From a phage: 64,000 nt of DNA. The translations under genes and the position numbers were made by a program. The stretch is taken from the sequence record PV419677.1. One strand, written 5' to 3'. The notes under the pieces are model-generated. The model saw nothing but the letters and a program-made list of their open reading frames with translations, made no database searches and was not told where the DNA came from. Below are positions 32,556 through 43,465 of this stretch, piece after piece. The first letter of the stretch is position 1, and the number at the start of each line of letters is the position of its first letter.

Positions 32556-33179
32556 TTACATAAACTTAAAGAATTCTTTAAGCCCCTTAATTACATGGAC
32601 AGAATGCGCTCCGCACTCACAAGAGATAGGAATAGCCATTTGGACCTGTGGCTTGAGAAGTTCTTCGGTTAGTGCATTTATATCATCGAGGGTAATTGCG
32701 TTGTATAGGTCCTCGATTTCGGCTTCATTTAAGTCATCAACAACGATGCGCTCGCCACCTTCCGTGATAATATATTCGATACAACAAGCAATCATTTTAC
32801 CTTTATCGCCGTCTTCAAACAACCCAGGATAACGGAATTTAATTTTAAATGCCCCGAAATCACGAATAACTTCAGACTCATCCACGATGCTTGCACGACT
32901 TATAGTCACAGGAATATCTTGTTCCTTTCCGCATTCGCATACCCATGTATGCTCGACGTTAACAGCTCCGAGACTATTTGCCCAGAGATTAATAAGAAGC
33001 AGCTCGGCTTCCTGTTTGTTTAACCCTTTAGCATCAGTGCATTTATTAAGCAGTTCAATTATTGCAGGTTCCATACGCTTTTCTAATTTTGCCTGAAGCA
33101 AATCTTTGTATTCGCGCAATGTAAAAGCCCTACAATTTATAGTTTTATTTTTAATTTGGACAATAAATTCATAAGTCAT
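32556..33179 (-). CDS. gp26: Baseplate hub subunit gp26
   Basis: Start trimmed to ATG 33179 (RBS AAGGAG), giving 207 aa (T4 208); divergent late promoter shared with gene 51. Confidence 0.8.
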   Translation of the reverse strand: MTYEFIVQIKNKTINCRAFTLREYKDLLQAKLEKRMEPAIIELLNKCTDAKGLNKQEAELLLINLWANSLGAVNVEHTWVCECGKEQDIPVTISRASIVDESEVIRDFGAFKIKFRYPGLFEDGDKGKMIACCIEYIITEGGERIVVDDLNEAEIEDLYNAITLDDINALTEELLKPQVQMAIPISCECGAHSVHVIKGLKEFFKFM

Positions 33180-33196
33180 AATTTGCTCCTTTACTG

Positions 33197-33208
33197 TATT
33201 TATAAATA
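33197..33208. promoter_or_regulatory. Bidirectional late promoter TATTTATAAATA (gene 26 leftward, gene 51 rightward)
   Basis: Overlapping TATAAATA on both strands between divergent genes 26 and 51. Confidence 0.55.
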
Positions 33209-33232
33209 TCAATAAAGATAAAAGGGGATTCT

Positions 33233-33985
33233 ATGGCCAATATCGTAAGATGTGAAATGCCAGACGGAGTTCATCGTTTCAAACCGTTTACAGTCGCTGA
33301 TTACCGTGATTTACTGCTTGTGCGAAACGACATGAACAACAAACCCGTCGAAGAACAAAAACAATTATTAGACGAACTGTTGGAAGATTATTTTGGAGAG
33401 TATCCGAAAGCATGGAGACCATACATATTCTTGAAGGTATTCACTTCCTCTATCGGTAAGACAAAAGTCCCGGTAGCGTTCGAATGTCAAAAATGTAAAA
33501 AGACAAAGCAGACTTTGTTTAATATGAGCCAAGGTCCATTGACAAATCCAACAATGGAAACCGCGGGGATAAAAATACAATTTAAGTTCCCTGAAGTAGA
33601 ATATAAAGATAAGTCGGAGCTTGTTCTAAACACCATCCAGACTGTCGAAGACTCAGAACAAAAATACAATTGGGAAGACCTTCCTGAAGAAACGAAGATG
33701 CAGGTTATTGATGCAATTGATATAGAGAGTCTCGAAGAGCTCCTTAAGAAAATGCATTCAGTTTATATTCCATTTACATATGGTTGCTGCGAAAAACACA
33801 AAACCGAATATACAGACTTGATTGATGTCTTTAAGCTTATCCTTAACCCGGATGAAGTCTTTGTATTTTATCAAATTAACCACTTACTGGTAAAGAATCA
33901 ATATACACTGGATAGCATCATGCACATGATTCCTATCGAACGAGGTATTGCTTTATCGTTAGTTGAGAAGGACTTGAAGAAATGA
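33233..33985 (+). CDS. gp51: Baseplate hub assembly protein gp51
   Basis: 250 aa (T4 249); TATAAATA at 33201. Confidence 0.8.
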   Translation: MANIVRCEMPDGVHRFKPFTVADYRDLLLVRNDMNNKPVEEQKQLLDELLEDYFGEYPKAWRPYIFLKVFTSSIGKTKVPVAFECQKCKKTKQTLFNMSQGPLTNPTMETAGIKIQFKFPEVEYKDKSELVLNTIQTVEDSEQKYNWEDLPEETKMQVIDAIDIESLEELLKKMHSVYIPFTYGCCEKHKTEYTDLIDVFKLILNPDEVFVFYQINHLLVKNQYTLDSIMHMIPIERGIALSLVEKDLKK

Positions 33986-35151
33986 CAGCTAAATCTATGC
34001 AGCGTGAAGGTTTTCCTAATATCAGTATACGCCTTTACGAAGATTATGATGCCTGGCTCGAACACCGTTTTGTAGAACTGGCTGCGACATTTACAACCAT
34101 GACCATGCGTGATTCCCTTTACGGAAGAAACGAAGGTCTGTTGCAATTCTACGACACAAAGAACTTACATACAAAAATGAACGGTGAACAAATTATACAA
34201 GTCTCCGTTAAGAATGCCAACTCAGACCGAACCCAATCCAGAATATATGGAAGCAAACACTTTGCAGTTTCTGTGGATTCAAAAGGCGATAATATAATTA
34301 CAATTCAGCTGGCTCCGATTCATGAAATCGAAGACCTGAAATTTAGTCGTATGTTTTACCCGAGTGTACAAGAAACATTAGTCGAAATGACCGGGGTAAT
34401 TTATCAGGATAGACCGTTGCTTTCTCCACCAATAAACGGCATAAACGTTTATGCTCCTAACGTTCCATGGTGTGATTCGATGAACCGATATATGGAATTC
34501 ATAAGGGAAGTTGGTCTGGCAGTAGAAACTGATAAATTTGTTTTTGTATGGGAAGATATTGATGGAATAAGTATCCAGGATTATGAATGGTTAACATCAC
34601 AAGAGCCAATTAATTTCGTGGTGGGTGAACCTCGATTGGTCGGCCAGTTTGTACAAAACCTCGAGACTCCATTGGCCTTCGATTTTGAATGGTTAACAAA
34701 GGCGAACCAACACACAAGAAAACCATACGAAAACGCAACCGTGTATGCACATTCATTCCTTGACAAGAACGCAACCAGAATAACTTTTGGGGAAGGACAA
34801 AACAGCATTCTGGTATCTCGTTCAGGCGGCTATTCGGATTATACATACCGAAACGGTTTCGAAGAAGCGCAACGATTAATAACCATGTCTCAATATGATG
34901 GTTACGCGCATTGCAAAACATACGGGAACTTTGAATTAACCCCGGGTGATAAGATAAATTTCTATGACCCGAAGAACCAATTCAAATATGATTTTTACGT
35001 AGACGAAGTTATTCATGAAGTGAGTAACAATACATCAATTACAAACCTCTATATGTTTACCAATGGTAAGCCTATTGAAGTTGAAGAGCCACCAAAGGTT
35101 AAAAATGAACTTAAAACTGATTCTGCCGACGAAGAAAATACAGCTGGGTGA
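33982..35151 (+). CDS. gp27: Baseplate hub subunit gp27
   Basis: 389 aa (T4 391); synteny 51-27-28-29. Confidence 0.85.
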   Translation: MTAKSMQREGFPNISIRLYEDYDAWLEHRFVELAATFTTMTMRDSLYGRNEGLLQFYDTKNLHTKMNGEQIIQVSVKNANSDRTQSRIYGSKHFAVSVDSKGDNIITIQLAPIHEIEDLKFSRMFYPSVQETLVEMTGVIYQDRPLLSPPINGINVYAPNVPWCDSMNRYMEFIREVGLAVETDKFVFVWEDIDGISIQDYEWLTSQEPINFVVGEPRLVGQFVQNLETPLAFDFEWLTKANQHTRKPYENATVYAHSFLDKNATRITFGEGQNSILVSRSGGYSDYTYRNGFEEAQRLITMSQYDGYAHCKTYGNFELTPGDKINFYDPKNQFKYDFYVDEVIHEVSNNTSITNLYMFTNGKPIEVEEPPKVKNELKTDSADEENTAG

Positions 35152-35623
35152 TAAAGAGATTCACATTCCTAAGCTGGGTCTTAAACATCACAATCTGATT
35201 AAAAACGAACCTAACCCATACGCTGCATTAAGAAAGATTATGCAATCGATATTCCCTAATCTTACAGCAGCTGAATCCGACTTTGTATCTTTACATCTTC
35301 TGGAATTTAATGGTAAGCTAAAAGACAAACGTGAGATTGATGGGTTTACATATAAGCTGGATGATGTTTATATCTGTCAGCGCCTTGAATTCTCTTATCA
35401 AGGAAAAACATTTAAATTCCGCTCTAATAAACCGTATGAAGAATTCGGACCAGTTGACAATCTTCTGGAGACTCTTTATCTCGGGGAAGACGTTCCAGAC
35501 TTTCTGGATATGCCTGCTTTTGTTGCTAAGTGGGCAGACGATATCACAAGCACATTAGCAATCCCGGGACCGAATGGTCCTGTTAAGGGGTTACTGAAAA
35601 TAATGGAACTCCTAAATGAATAA
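35105..35623 (+). CDS. gp28: Baseplate hub distal subunit gp28 (start uncertain; 35063 also possible)
   Basis: 172-186 aa (T4 177); overlaps gp27 3' end. Confidence 0.65.
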   Translation: MNLKLILPTKKIQLGDKEIHIPKLGLKHHNLIKNEPNPYAALRKIMQSIFPNLTAAESDFVSLHLLEFNGKLKDKREIDGFTYKLDDVYICQRLEFSYQGKTFKFRSNKPYEEFGPVDNLLETLYLGEDVPDFLDMPAFVAKWADDITSTLAIPGPNGPVKGLLKIMELLNE

Positions 35624-37361
35624 GAACTCCGAACAAACGAGCTTCAGACGCAGTGGACCGAATAAAAAGCTTATTGAAGAATTAGCACCACAAAGGAGGG
35701 CGGAAGCCCTCTCTGCCGAACAGAATGACGAACTATCGAATCTGAATACAACTCTTACAAATACACAAGCTGCAACCGAACTTGTGTCGGAAGCTATTGA
35801 GGATAAGGGTAATCAGATTATCGAGAATATCCAAACCAATAATGGAGTCCTCCAGGATATCAGTGCTGGGGTCGAACTGACGGCCGAAGCCACCGAGAAG
35901 ACTCAACAAGGGATTAAAAACCTCACGGATATTCTCTCGGATAAACTCGACAAACTCAGCGCAATGATAAGTGGTAAACTAGGCGTCACGTCTCCTGTGG
36001 CTGGTTCTGAAAGCCTTAAACCCGTAGAGGATGCACTACCAGAGCCTGAAGAGAATAAGCCCACAGCGAGCGTTCCAGAGCTCATACCACCTGAAGAACA
36101 AAAGCCAGACGCAGACTTCATTCCGGAACCAGAACAACCAAAAAACGATGCAGAAGGCAAAGAGACTAATACCTGGTCACTTGGCGATAAGCTTGACACC
36201 CTTTCGAAGATAACCGAAAAAGGATTTAAGGCATCGATTTCTGTTGCTGACCGAATCTCCGGGATGTTGTTCAAATACACAATTACGGCCGCTGCTGAAG
36301 CAGCCAAGCTTATTGGTGGATTATTGCTGTTGGTATTTGGTATCGATGCGATACGAGTTTATTTTCAATATTTCATGAAACAATTCGAAAAAGGATGGGC
36401 CGAATTTAATGACAAGTTCAAAGAATGGGGACCGTTACTCGAAGGACTAATGACTTGGGCTAAGAATGCTGAAGCGATGTTTAGTGAAAGGAACTGGTTG
36501 GGATTAGCTGAAGCTATTATCCGTGGGATGGTTAACTTAACGAAGAACATGGCTCAACTTCTTATGCTTGGGATTTCGAAACTGATTTCAGCTATCTTAA
36601 GCAAAATCCCTGGGATGGGCGATTTAGCGGATAATGTGGAAGCCTCGGCTTTGATGTCTTATCAGCAAAATACAGGGGCAACTCTGGATGATGAAGACCA
36701 AACCAAGATAGCAAAATATCATGACAAACGTTCGGCTGAAGCAATGAAAGCTGCAGAGAAGATGAATAAGAAGTATAAGGATAAGCCTGAACTAATTAAT
36801 CAAGCCGAAAAATATGGTAACCTTACCAAGGAACAAGCTGACCAACTTCGCGCGGGTGGTATTGACACAAGCTTCAGAGACCTTCCAGAAGAAGAACGTC
36901 TGGACTATTTCAAGAAGCGTGACAAAGCACAGGCTGATATTATTCGTTTGACCCAAACTGCTGACAACCTAATGAAGCCAGATGCGACCGATAAAAAGAA
37001 TGCGCTGGAAATGAGAGCTAACATTGAAAAACAATTAGCTGACCCTGCTATGGCGAAAGGTGGAGCTCCGAAAGACTTGAATATGCGTGCTCTCCTGGAA
37101 AAACTTGATAAGTCTCTTGAGAAGTTCAAAGATGAACCGAAGGTTAAACCGCCAGACATTAAGACTTCTCCGGATGCGCAACAAGCCGCGAAGGTTGATG
37201 AAGGCATGAAGGCCAAAGAAAATAAATACAAGGATGTACCAGCTCAGGCCCAAATTAACACGGTCAATAATATTCAGAAGACTTCCAGGACGCACTACAA
37301 TATGCCTCCCCAAAGTTCAACCCCTGCCCCTGGCATGAGACAGGCTACGAGAATTAACTAA
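35616..37361 (+). CDS. gp29: Tail length tape-measure protein gp29
   Basis: 581 aa (T4 590); coiled-coil rich; position. Confidence 0.85.
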   Translation: MNKNSEQTSFRRSGPNKKLIEELAPQRRAEALSAEQNDELSNLNTTLTNTQAATELVSEAIEDKGNQIIENIQTNNGVLQDISAGVELTAEATEKTQQGIKNLTDILSDKLDKLSAMISGKLGVTSPVAGSESLKPVEDALPEPEENKPTASVPELIPPEEQKPDADFIPEPEQPKNDAEGKETNTWSLGDKLDTLSKITEKGFKASISVADRISGMLFKYTITAAAEAAKLIGGLLLLVFGIDAIRVYFQYFMKQFEKGWAEFNDKFKEWGPLLEGLMTWAKNAEAMFSERNWLGLAEAIIRGMVNLTKNMAQLLMLGISKLISAILSKIPGMGDLADNVEASALMSYQQNTGATLDDEDQTKIAKYHDKRSAEAMKAAEKMNKKYKDKPELINQAEKYGNLTKEQADQLRAGGIDTSFRDLPEEERLDYFKKRDKAQADIIRLTQTADNLMKPDATDKKNALEMRANIEKQLADPAMAKGGAPKDLNMRALLEKLDKSLEKFKDEPKVKPPDIKTSPDAQQAAKVDEGMKAKENKYKDVPAQAQINTVNNIQKTSRTHYNMPPQSSTPAPGMRQATRIN

Positions 37362-37369
37362 GGAATAAC

Positions 37370-38464
37370 ATGAAAGTAAAAGAACTCGATATTGATATTG
37401 CGGGTTTGTTTAACGGAGGTTCTAAGACCTCCGCGGGGCAGTCAAAAGCTGCCCCGACTCAAGCTACTATTGTGGCGCAATATCCAGCAGAACGAGCTTC
37501 CGGTAATGATTCTTCAGATGATATGCGAGTTAATGACCTTTATAAAAATGGTCTGTTATTCACGGCATACAATTTCAGTTCAAGAACATCTCCGGAATTA
37601 CGCTCAGACAGGTCAAGCCAATTGACTTCATTAAAGAAAGTTTCAAATGGTGCTTCATTTAACCCGGTTAAAAGTTTAACATCTTTTGCTAAATCGAAAT
37701 TAACCGGGGCTGGCTCAACAGGTAAAAGTTTTGATTCAAATGCTGTTGCAAATATCCTGTTGCCTCGTTCGAAGTCTGATGTAGAATCCGTGTCGCATCG
37801 ATTCAATGATGTTGGTGAATCTCTTATTACGAAAGGGGGTGGCTCAGCCACTGGTATTCTTAGTAACATTGCATCGACTGCAGTTTTCGGCGCACTCGAA
37901 TCAGTTACAAACGGTGTAATGGCCGACCACGGTGAACAGATTTACACAACCGCACGAAGCATGTATGCTGGTCCGGATAACAGGACAAAAGTTTATACCT
38001 GGGAGATGACTCCACGTTCGGCCCAGGACTTAATCCAGATAGTGAAGATATACGAGATTTTTAACTATTACTCCTATGGGGAAACCGGTAAAAGTTCGTT
38101 TGCTTCCGAGCTGAAAGAAAAAATCGATACATGGTATAAATCCACCTTCAAAAAGGAAGCAATCGATAACTTTGACGGCAAGTTGCTCGGTGAAGAGATA
38201 ACAAGCTTCCTAACGAACGTTCTGGTGGTCTCTAACCCTACTATCTGGTATATCCGCAACTTCGGTGATACAAGCTCGTACGATGGTCGTGGGGAGCTAT
38301 TTGGGCCATGTCAGATTCAGAGCATAAGATTTGATAAATCTCCGGATGGTCATTTCGGCGGATTAGCTATTGCTCCTAACCTGCCATCGACTTTTGTACT
38401 TGAAATCACTTTCCGTGAAATCATTACGCTTAACCGTGGCTCGTTATATGCGGAGGGTTTCTAA
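37370..38464 (+). CDS. gp48: Baseplate tail tube cap gp48
   Basis: 364 aa as in T4. Confidence 0.85.
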   Translation: MKVKELDIDIAGLFNGGSKTSAGQSKAAPTQATIVAQYPAERASGNDSSDDMRVNDLYKNGLLFTAYNFSSRTSPELRSDRSSQLTSLKKVSNGASFNPVKSLTSFAKSKLTGAGSTGKSFDSNAVANILLPRSKSDVESVSHRFNDVGESLITKGGGSATGILSNIASTAVFGALESVTNGVMADHGEQIYTTARSMYAGPDNRTKVYTWEMTPRSAQDLIQIVKIYEIFNYYSYGETGKSSFASELKEKIDTWYKSTFKKEAIDNFDGKLLGEEITSFLTNVLVVSNPTIWYIRNFGDTSSYDGRGELFGPCQIQSIRFDKSPDGHFGGLAIAPNLPSTFVLEITFREIITLNRGSLYAEGF

Positions 38465-39423
38465 TGTTTACTTTACAAGAATTCCAAACGCAGGCGATTA
38501 ATATCGACTTACAAAGGAATAACCTTTTTAGTGTGGTCTTCGCGACCACACCTTCCTCCAAATCTCAGAATCTTCTGGACCAGTTTGGTGGCGCATTATT
38601 CAGCAACCTTCCTGTTAACTCAGATTGGTTTGGTTTAACGCAAGGCGACTTAACTCAAGGGATAACAACTCTTGTTACTGCTGGGACACAAAAGCTTATT
38701 CGCAAATCAGGGATAAGCAAATATCTTATCGGGGCAATGAGTAACCGTGTTGTGCAATCATTATTGGGGGAATTCGAGGTTGGTACTTACCTGCTTGATT
38801 TCTTTAATATGGCCTATCCAACGGCTGGTCTATTGGTCCACTCTGTTAAGCTTCCGGATAACACGTTGAACTACGAAATGGACCTCAACCATAACGCACC
38901 AAATATCAAGATAACAGGAAGAGAATATTCTCCATTGGTATTGAGCTTTAGAATGGATTCAGAGGCAGGGAACTACAGAGCATTTAACGATTGGGTTAAC
39001 TCTGTGCAAGACCCAGTTACCCAGCTAAGGGCCTTGCCTGAAGACGTTGAAGCTGATATTCAGGTTAACCTTCACTCACGTAATGGATTGCCACATACGG
39101 TTGTTATGCTAACCGGTTGTGTTCCTGTAAGTGTATCAGCGCCTGAATTGAGTTATGAAGGGGATAATCAGATAGCTACATTTGATGTTACTTTTGCTTA
39201 TCGCGTTATGTCAACTGGCGCGGTGGGAAGAGCTGCTGCATTGGAATGGTTAGAAGATAAGGTTATTAAGGGTGTATCTGGTATTAGTTCAGATAACAAC
39301 TTGAACGCAGAAGTTGCCAAATTGAGTCGCTTGTCTGGTGCTCAATCTGGATTAACAAGTCTGTACAATACGTTCACTGGTTCTGGGAGAACAATCTCCG
39401 GTGGAAGTCAACGTATATTATAA
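38464..39423 (+). CDS. gp54: Baseplate tail tube initiator gp54
   Basis: 319 aa (T4 320); terminator hairpin downstream. Confidence 0.85.
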   Translation: MFTLQEFQTQAINIDLQRNNLFSVVFATTPSSKSQNLLDQFGGALFSNLPVNSDWFGLTQGDLTQGITTLVTAGTQKLIRKSGISKYLIGAMSNRVVQSLLGEFEVGTYLLDFFNMAYPTAGLLVHSVKLPDNTLNYEMDLNHNAPNIKITGREYSPLVLSFRMDSEAGNYRAFNDWVNSVQDPVTQLRALPEDVEADIQVNLHSRNGLPHTVVMLTGCVPVSVSAPELSYEGDNQIATFDVTFAYRVMSTGAVGRAAALEWLEDKVIKGVSGISSDNNLNAEVAKLSRLSGAQSGLTSLYNTFTGSGRTISGGSQRIL

Positions 39424-39426
39424 AAA

Positions 39427-39454
39427 GAAAGGGACCCGAAGGTCCCTTTTTATT
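39427..39454. terminator. Terminator after gene 54
   Basis: AAAGGGACCCGAAGGTCCCTTTTTATTT. Confidence 0.7.
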
Positions 39455-39740
39455 TGCGGAATGAAATGAAACCTGCTGCAGTCATTACAGCTTCTTTCTT
39501 AGCAAAGACTGTAATTGCAATTGGTGCTTCAGATTCAAGTTGTCCAGTTACTACACCATTAAAAATATTTTCTGTTTGTTCAGAATTTACAAAGTTTTCA
39601 ACAGGGCGAAGGTCAAACTTCTTATCTTCACCAAATACACGGCGCAATTCATTACCCACCGCGCTGTCAAACTCTTCTGAAGCCGGGATAACATTCTCAA
39701 CTACCAGTTCCTGACCGTTAAAGCGAAAAGATGATTTCAT
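39450..39740 (-). CDS. Hypothetical protein (alt.-1-like position)
   Basis: Start trimmed to Met12 (RBS GAGGA), about 96 aa; own early promoter GTTTACAAG...TACAAT at 39772-39801. Confidence 0.5.
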   Translation of the reverse strand: MKSSFRFNGQELVVENVIPASEEFDSAVGNELRRVFGEDKKFDLRPVENFVNSEQTENIFNGVVTGQLESEAPIAITVFAKKEAVMTAAGFISFRK

Positions 39741-39771
39741 TTTGTTTTCCTCATGTGTAATTGATATGAAC

Positions 39772-39801
39772 ATTGTATCGCACTTCCTTGTGCTTGTAAA
39801 C
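39772..39801 (-). promoter_or_regulatory. T4 early-type promoter
   Basis: Minus strand GTTTACAAG then spacer then TACAAT. Confidence 0.5.
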
Positions 39802-39803
39802 CC

Positions 39804-41864
39804 CTATGAAAGGAATTTAGGAGGAATAGCTTCCAAATTAATACAACTAGCAAGAATACCAAGCCCTTGATTGACTTTCTTCGTTACCCCAGAGGATGCA
39901 AACGATGCAAAGTCAACAGATTCTACTGGCTCTTCTGTTTCCTCGCCCTGATAAACGACAAGCTCACCAGTTTCCATCAACACATCACCATCATAGATAA
40001 CTGCATTTTCATCCAGTTGGTCCGTAGTCTGGATATCAGCTTCCAACATTTTGACGTTCGCGTTTCCTTGATACGAAGCATCAGTAATTTTGGTAATCTT
40101 AACTACAGTCCCACGAGGAAGAATAACTTCCTGCTCGGATGGGTTGCCTGACAATTCCCCAGGAACAATTACGTTAATTAAGTCCGCCCCAGAAATTTTC
40201 CAACCAACATGCATCATTACGTGGTCGCGGCGTGCTTCCGGCATATCTGGTAAAACAATTTCGTCATCAGCCTGGAAAGATGTCCCATCACGATAGTCCT
40301 GATGAACTGCAGCCATAGCAACGTTCGCCACCCAGCCACCAAAGATAATCGGTTTAAACGACGTTGATACATAGTTCCTGAAATAAAATAATTTAGATTT
40401 CTTAATTTTATCAAATGTAGGAACGTTTAAATATTGACCACGCCAAAGAGTTGTATTAGGTGGCAACTTATGTCCAATTTCAAAGGCCGAATCCAATTCC
40501 TTAATTGTTTCGACAACTCTGTCTAGATTTAGGAATTCAGCTTCTTCTTCATAATATTTGCCCATCAAATAATTATTAATATCGGCATAGTTTGCTCCAC
40601 AATAATCTGCAATTGCTTCTCGCTGACCATAATGGAAACGGTTGTCAGTATACCCTGCTGTGAAATTAAGAGTATTTTCTGATGCTTCTTCAGCAAAGTC
40701 TTTAACTGCAACACGAATGGCGCTTGTGTATTCTTTTTCCCAGAGCGAGGCTGCATAAGTGGCTGCATCCACGTTAGGAGGAGCATCATTCATTTTTCTT
40801 TCGATAAATGCGGCTTTGCGAAGGTTAAGAATCTCTGCGCATGATTCGGCAAAAATCTGCATCTGCTTCATACTACCAACTGGAGCACGTTTAAGTTCGC
40901 GATGCATACGATTAAAAATTGGGTCAGAGTCTTCAACACGAATTTCTTCTTTCCAAACACCATTTGCTCGCATAGCCGTATCTGCTGCGCGCATACGAGC
41001 CATAGTATTCGTTTCGGAAGGTCGAACAAAAATTTCCAGTTCTTCATAATCATCGATAAGTTCTGCCGTAGCCGGGCGACTAAACTTAGCAGCTTCTGCA
41101 TCGATTTCGTCCCAACCTTCTGGCACGGAATCCATTGGGGCGTACTGGGCTTGTGCAATAGCTCGGCGACTGATTTTAGTTTTCTGGGCAACAGCAGCAT
41201 CGGTCTTTTTGTTTGCTGCGTCAATCAGAATCTCGGCTGCAATTTCTTGTTTGGATACTTGTGCACCATTATCTTTATTGGTGAATACATCACCAACTTT
41301 AGTTTCGACTTTTTTATATTTCTCAGGGACTGGTGGCATACCATCAACCGAAAGTAGGTCAACACCCCTTTTGTACATAATTACATAAGCGTTCTTTTTA
41401 CCAAGGCCAGAAGCATTCGGAAGAACATGATAACGTCCGCTGGTTTTCATTTGAATCAGTCGATTCATAATACGAATAATAGCTTGGTCTTGTCCTTTCA
41501 TCTTTTTGGATGGGAAACGGAACAAGACTACATCAGGTTTGCCTAGTTTAATGCTTTCCCAGACTGTAGTAAAAATCAAGTTAATTGCATCAAGAGGTTT
41601 TTCACCTAAACCACCCTTCAGAGGAACAGCATGACCGTGTGAAGTTCCGGATAACAGGAATACCTCGGCAATTGCATCGCCGCGTTTATATTGTTTAACT
41701 GTTTCTTTGCCCGTGAATTGCATCAAACGAGCCATAAGAGAATTGGTCCCAGGAACACCGAATTGCCAAACCTGTGGGACCTTGTATTTTGGATTCATAT
41801 TAATGACAGGATAACCGAAGGCTTCGATATATTTGTCAAAGAGTTCATTTAATTGTTCAGACAT
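39804..41864 (-). CDS. alt: Alt-like ADP-ribosyltransferase (head-packaged)
   Basis: 686 aa (T4 Alt 682); C-terminal R-S-E ART triad context (LWRGQ, YVSTSF, EQEVILP); late promoter TATAAATA on minus strand at 41890-41897. Confidence 0.8.
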   Translation of the reverse strand: MSEQLNELFDKYIEAFGYPVINMNPKYKVPQVWQFGVPGTNSLMARLMQFTGKETVKQYKRGDAIAEVFLLSGTSHGHAVPLKGGLGEKPLDAINLIFTTVWESIKLGKPDVVLFRFPSKKMKGQDQAIIRIMNRLIQMKTSGRYHVLPNASGLGKKNAYVIMYKRGVDLLSVDGMPPVPEKYKKVETKVGDVFTNKDNGAQVSKQEIAAEILIDAANKKTDAAVAQKTKISRRAIAQAQYAPMDSVPEGWDEIDAEAAKFSRPATAELIDDYEELEIFVRPSETNTMARMRAADTAMRANGVWKEEIRVEDSDPIFNRMHRELKRAPVGSMKQMQIFAESCAEILNLRKAAFIERKMNDAPPNVDAATYAASLWEKEYTSAIRVAVKDFAEEASENTLNFTAGYTDNRFHYGQREAIADYCGANYADINNYLMGKYYEEEAEFLNLDRVVETIKELDSAFEIGHKLPPNTTLWRGQYLNVPTFDKIKKSKLFYFRNYVSTSFKPIIFGGWVANVAMAAVHQDYRDGTSFQADDEIVLPDMPEARRDHVMMHVGWKISGADLINVIVPGELSGNPSEQEVILPRGTVVKITKITDASYQGNANVKMLEADIQTTDQLDENAVIYDGDVLMETGELVVYQGEETEEPVESVDFASFASSGVTKKVNQGLGILASCINLEAIPPKFLS

Positions 41865-41889
41865 AATAGGTTCCTTATAAAATATGATG

Positions 41890-41897
41890 TATTTATA
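41890..41897 (-). promoter_or_regulatory. T4-type late promoter TATAAATA (alt)
   Basis: Plus-strand TATTTATA, i.e. TATAAATA on minus, about 25 nt upstream of alt ATG. Confidence 0.6.
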
Positions 41898-41900
41898 CTA

Positions 41901-41925
41901 AAAAAGGGCCGAAGCCCTTTTGTTA
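41901..41925 (-). terminator. Terminator after gene 30, immediately before the alt late promoter
   Basis: GGGCCGAAGCCC; minus strand reads stem then TTTTTT. Confidence 0.6.
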
Positions 41926-43455
41926 TTTTAACCCGGTCTTTGACCAGTCGCCAAATACATCTTCGAATGTGTCTGCATGGTCTTTATCGAAACGGAACCC
42001 TTTAATAATCGGCAGGAACAATGCAACCGTATTATCTTTACGAGTCTCGGAAGTCAACCAACCATTGCATTCACAGTCGGCAATCATTCCAACCAATTCA
42101 CCTTTACGAGCTTTAACCATCAAGGCTTCACGGTCCATTTTATGACGCTCCTCAATCGGAATAGTAACCCATTTTTTGGTTTTCTTATCTTTAACTTGAG
42201 TTGTGTCTTTAAAACCAGAACCACAGTTATTTGTAATCTTACCACAAGAAGAACGAAGCACCACACCGCCAATCTTATTCGGGTCTTTATCGTGCTCGTA
42301 ATATCCAATGATTTCCATTGCAATATCAATTACTTCTTTGAACTTATATAGGTTCTTTGAGCGCTTGTTTTCCCAAATCGATGCCATGTTCTTAAGGATA
42401 ATACCTTCAAGACCTTCATCCACGTATTTCTTATAGATAACTTTCGCTTCATCAAGATTGTTAACAACATGGTTTTCAATCAGAATCATGCGGTCAAAAC
42501 CATGCAGCACCACGTTATCTGCAATCATTTTTTCCAGAACAGCAAAACGCACATCGTATTTCAACGGATTGAGAATCTTAACATCAGAATAGACTTCAAT
42601 CAGCGGAACATAATCCCAAACCTGGAATTTCATACAAGAAGCTTCTGCTGCAGAAATAGTTCCTTTCAATGATTTGTTTGCCATACCATTTGAAAAGGTT
42701 CTTGATTCAGCAGTTTCTTTTGCTTTGCTAAGTTCAGGCACATCGTCAAAAAGGAAGCCCAAACCGTCATTCTGGGGAGCTACTTTCTGTTCATGGTATA
42801 CTAACTCGCCATCAATTAAAACGCCCTCAGGATGTCTCTCACGCGCTTCACGAGTAGCTTCAATCAATTCCTTTTTAAGGAGGTCAAGCTTGAGGTATTC
42901 ATTACCAGCGCGGGATAACAATCGAACATCATCCAACTCATCGCCACGAACTTCTGCAAAACACCGAGCGCCATCGGCTTTCAATTGTGCAAAGGCCGGG
43001 AACTTAATGTTCTTAGCAATACCAGCTTCATCATAAGAAGAAGCGAGCATCTGCGGTTGTTCAGGAATTAAACCTTTCCAAACCTTATTCGCAATTGATA
43101 CAGACGCACCACATTCCAGGTCACGCATCATCACGCGGCGAAGAACTTCAACATCATCTTTTTTACCATCTGCAATATAACCAGATAATTCCTCGATTGC
43201 CGCATTACCTGTTAATTTACGCGGGGCTAATGTGAATTCGATAAAGTCAAGCATATCATCGATATTCAGCATTCCAAAGCTTTGGGTAGTTAACCCAGCG
43301 TTTGGCCATTTCTTGATATAGAACTGGATGCCTTTGGAATATGTCAAACGATACACACGTTTAAGGGTTTCATTGTCAGAATACGATTCCAGGATAGCTT
43401 GTTTCTCTTTAGTGGAATCGGTTGCAGCAATTTCATTTAAAATATCTAAAATCAT
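41923..43455 (-). CDS. gp30: ATP-dependent DNA ligase gp30
   Basis: N-terminus MIL.ILNEIA...; adenylation motif LKADGARC; aligns with remembered T4 ligase. Confidence 0.9.
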   Translation of the reverse strand: MILDILNEIAATDSTKEKQAILESYSDNETLKRVYRLTYSKGIQFYIKKWPNAGLTTQSFGMLNIDDMLDFIEFTLAPRKLTGNAAIEELSGYIADGKKDDVEVLRRVMMRDLECGASVSIANKVWKGLIPEQPQMLASSYDEAGIAKNIKFPAFAQLKADGARCFAEVRGDELDDVRLLSRAGNEYLKLDLLKKELIEATREARERHPEGVLIDGELVYHEQKVAPQNDGLGFLFDDVPELSKAKETAESRTFSNGMANKSLKGTISAAEASCMKFQVWDYVPLIEVYSDVKILNPLKYDVRFAVLEKMIADNVVLHGFDRMILIENHVVNNLDEAKVIYKKYVDEGLEGIILKNMASIWENKRSKNLYKFKEVIDIAMEIIGYYEHDKDPNKIGGVVLRSSCGKITNNCGSGFKDTTQVKDKKTKKWVTIPIEERHKMDREALMVKARKGELVGMIADCECNGWLTSETRKDNTVALFLPIIKGFRFDKDHADTFEDVFGDWSKTGLK

Positions 43456-43465
43456 TAATCACCTC

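Noticed and set aside
40902-41357. 151-aa plus-strand ORF inside alt
   Set aside because: Antisense to alt with no RBS or promoter; embedded entirely in a supported gene.
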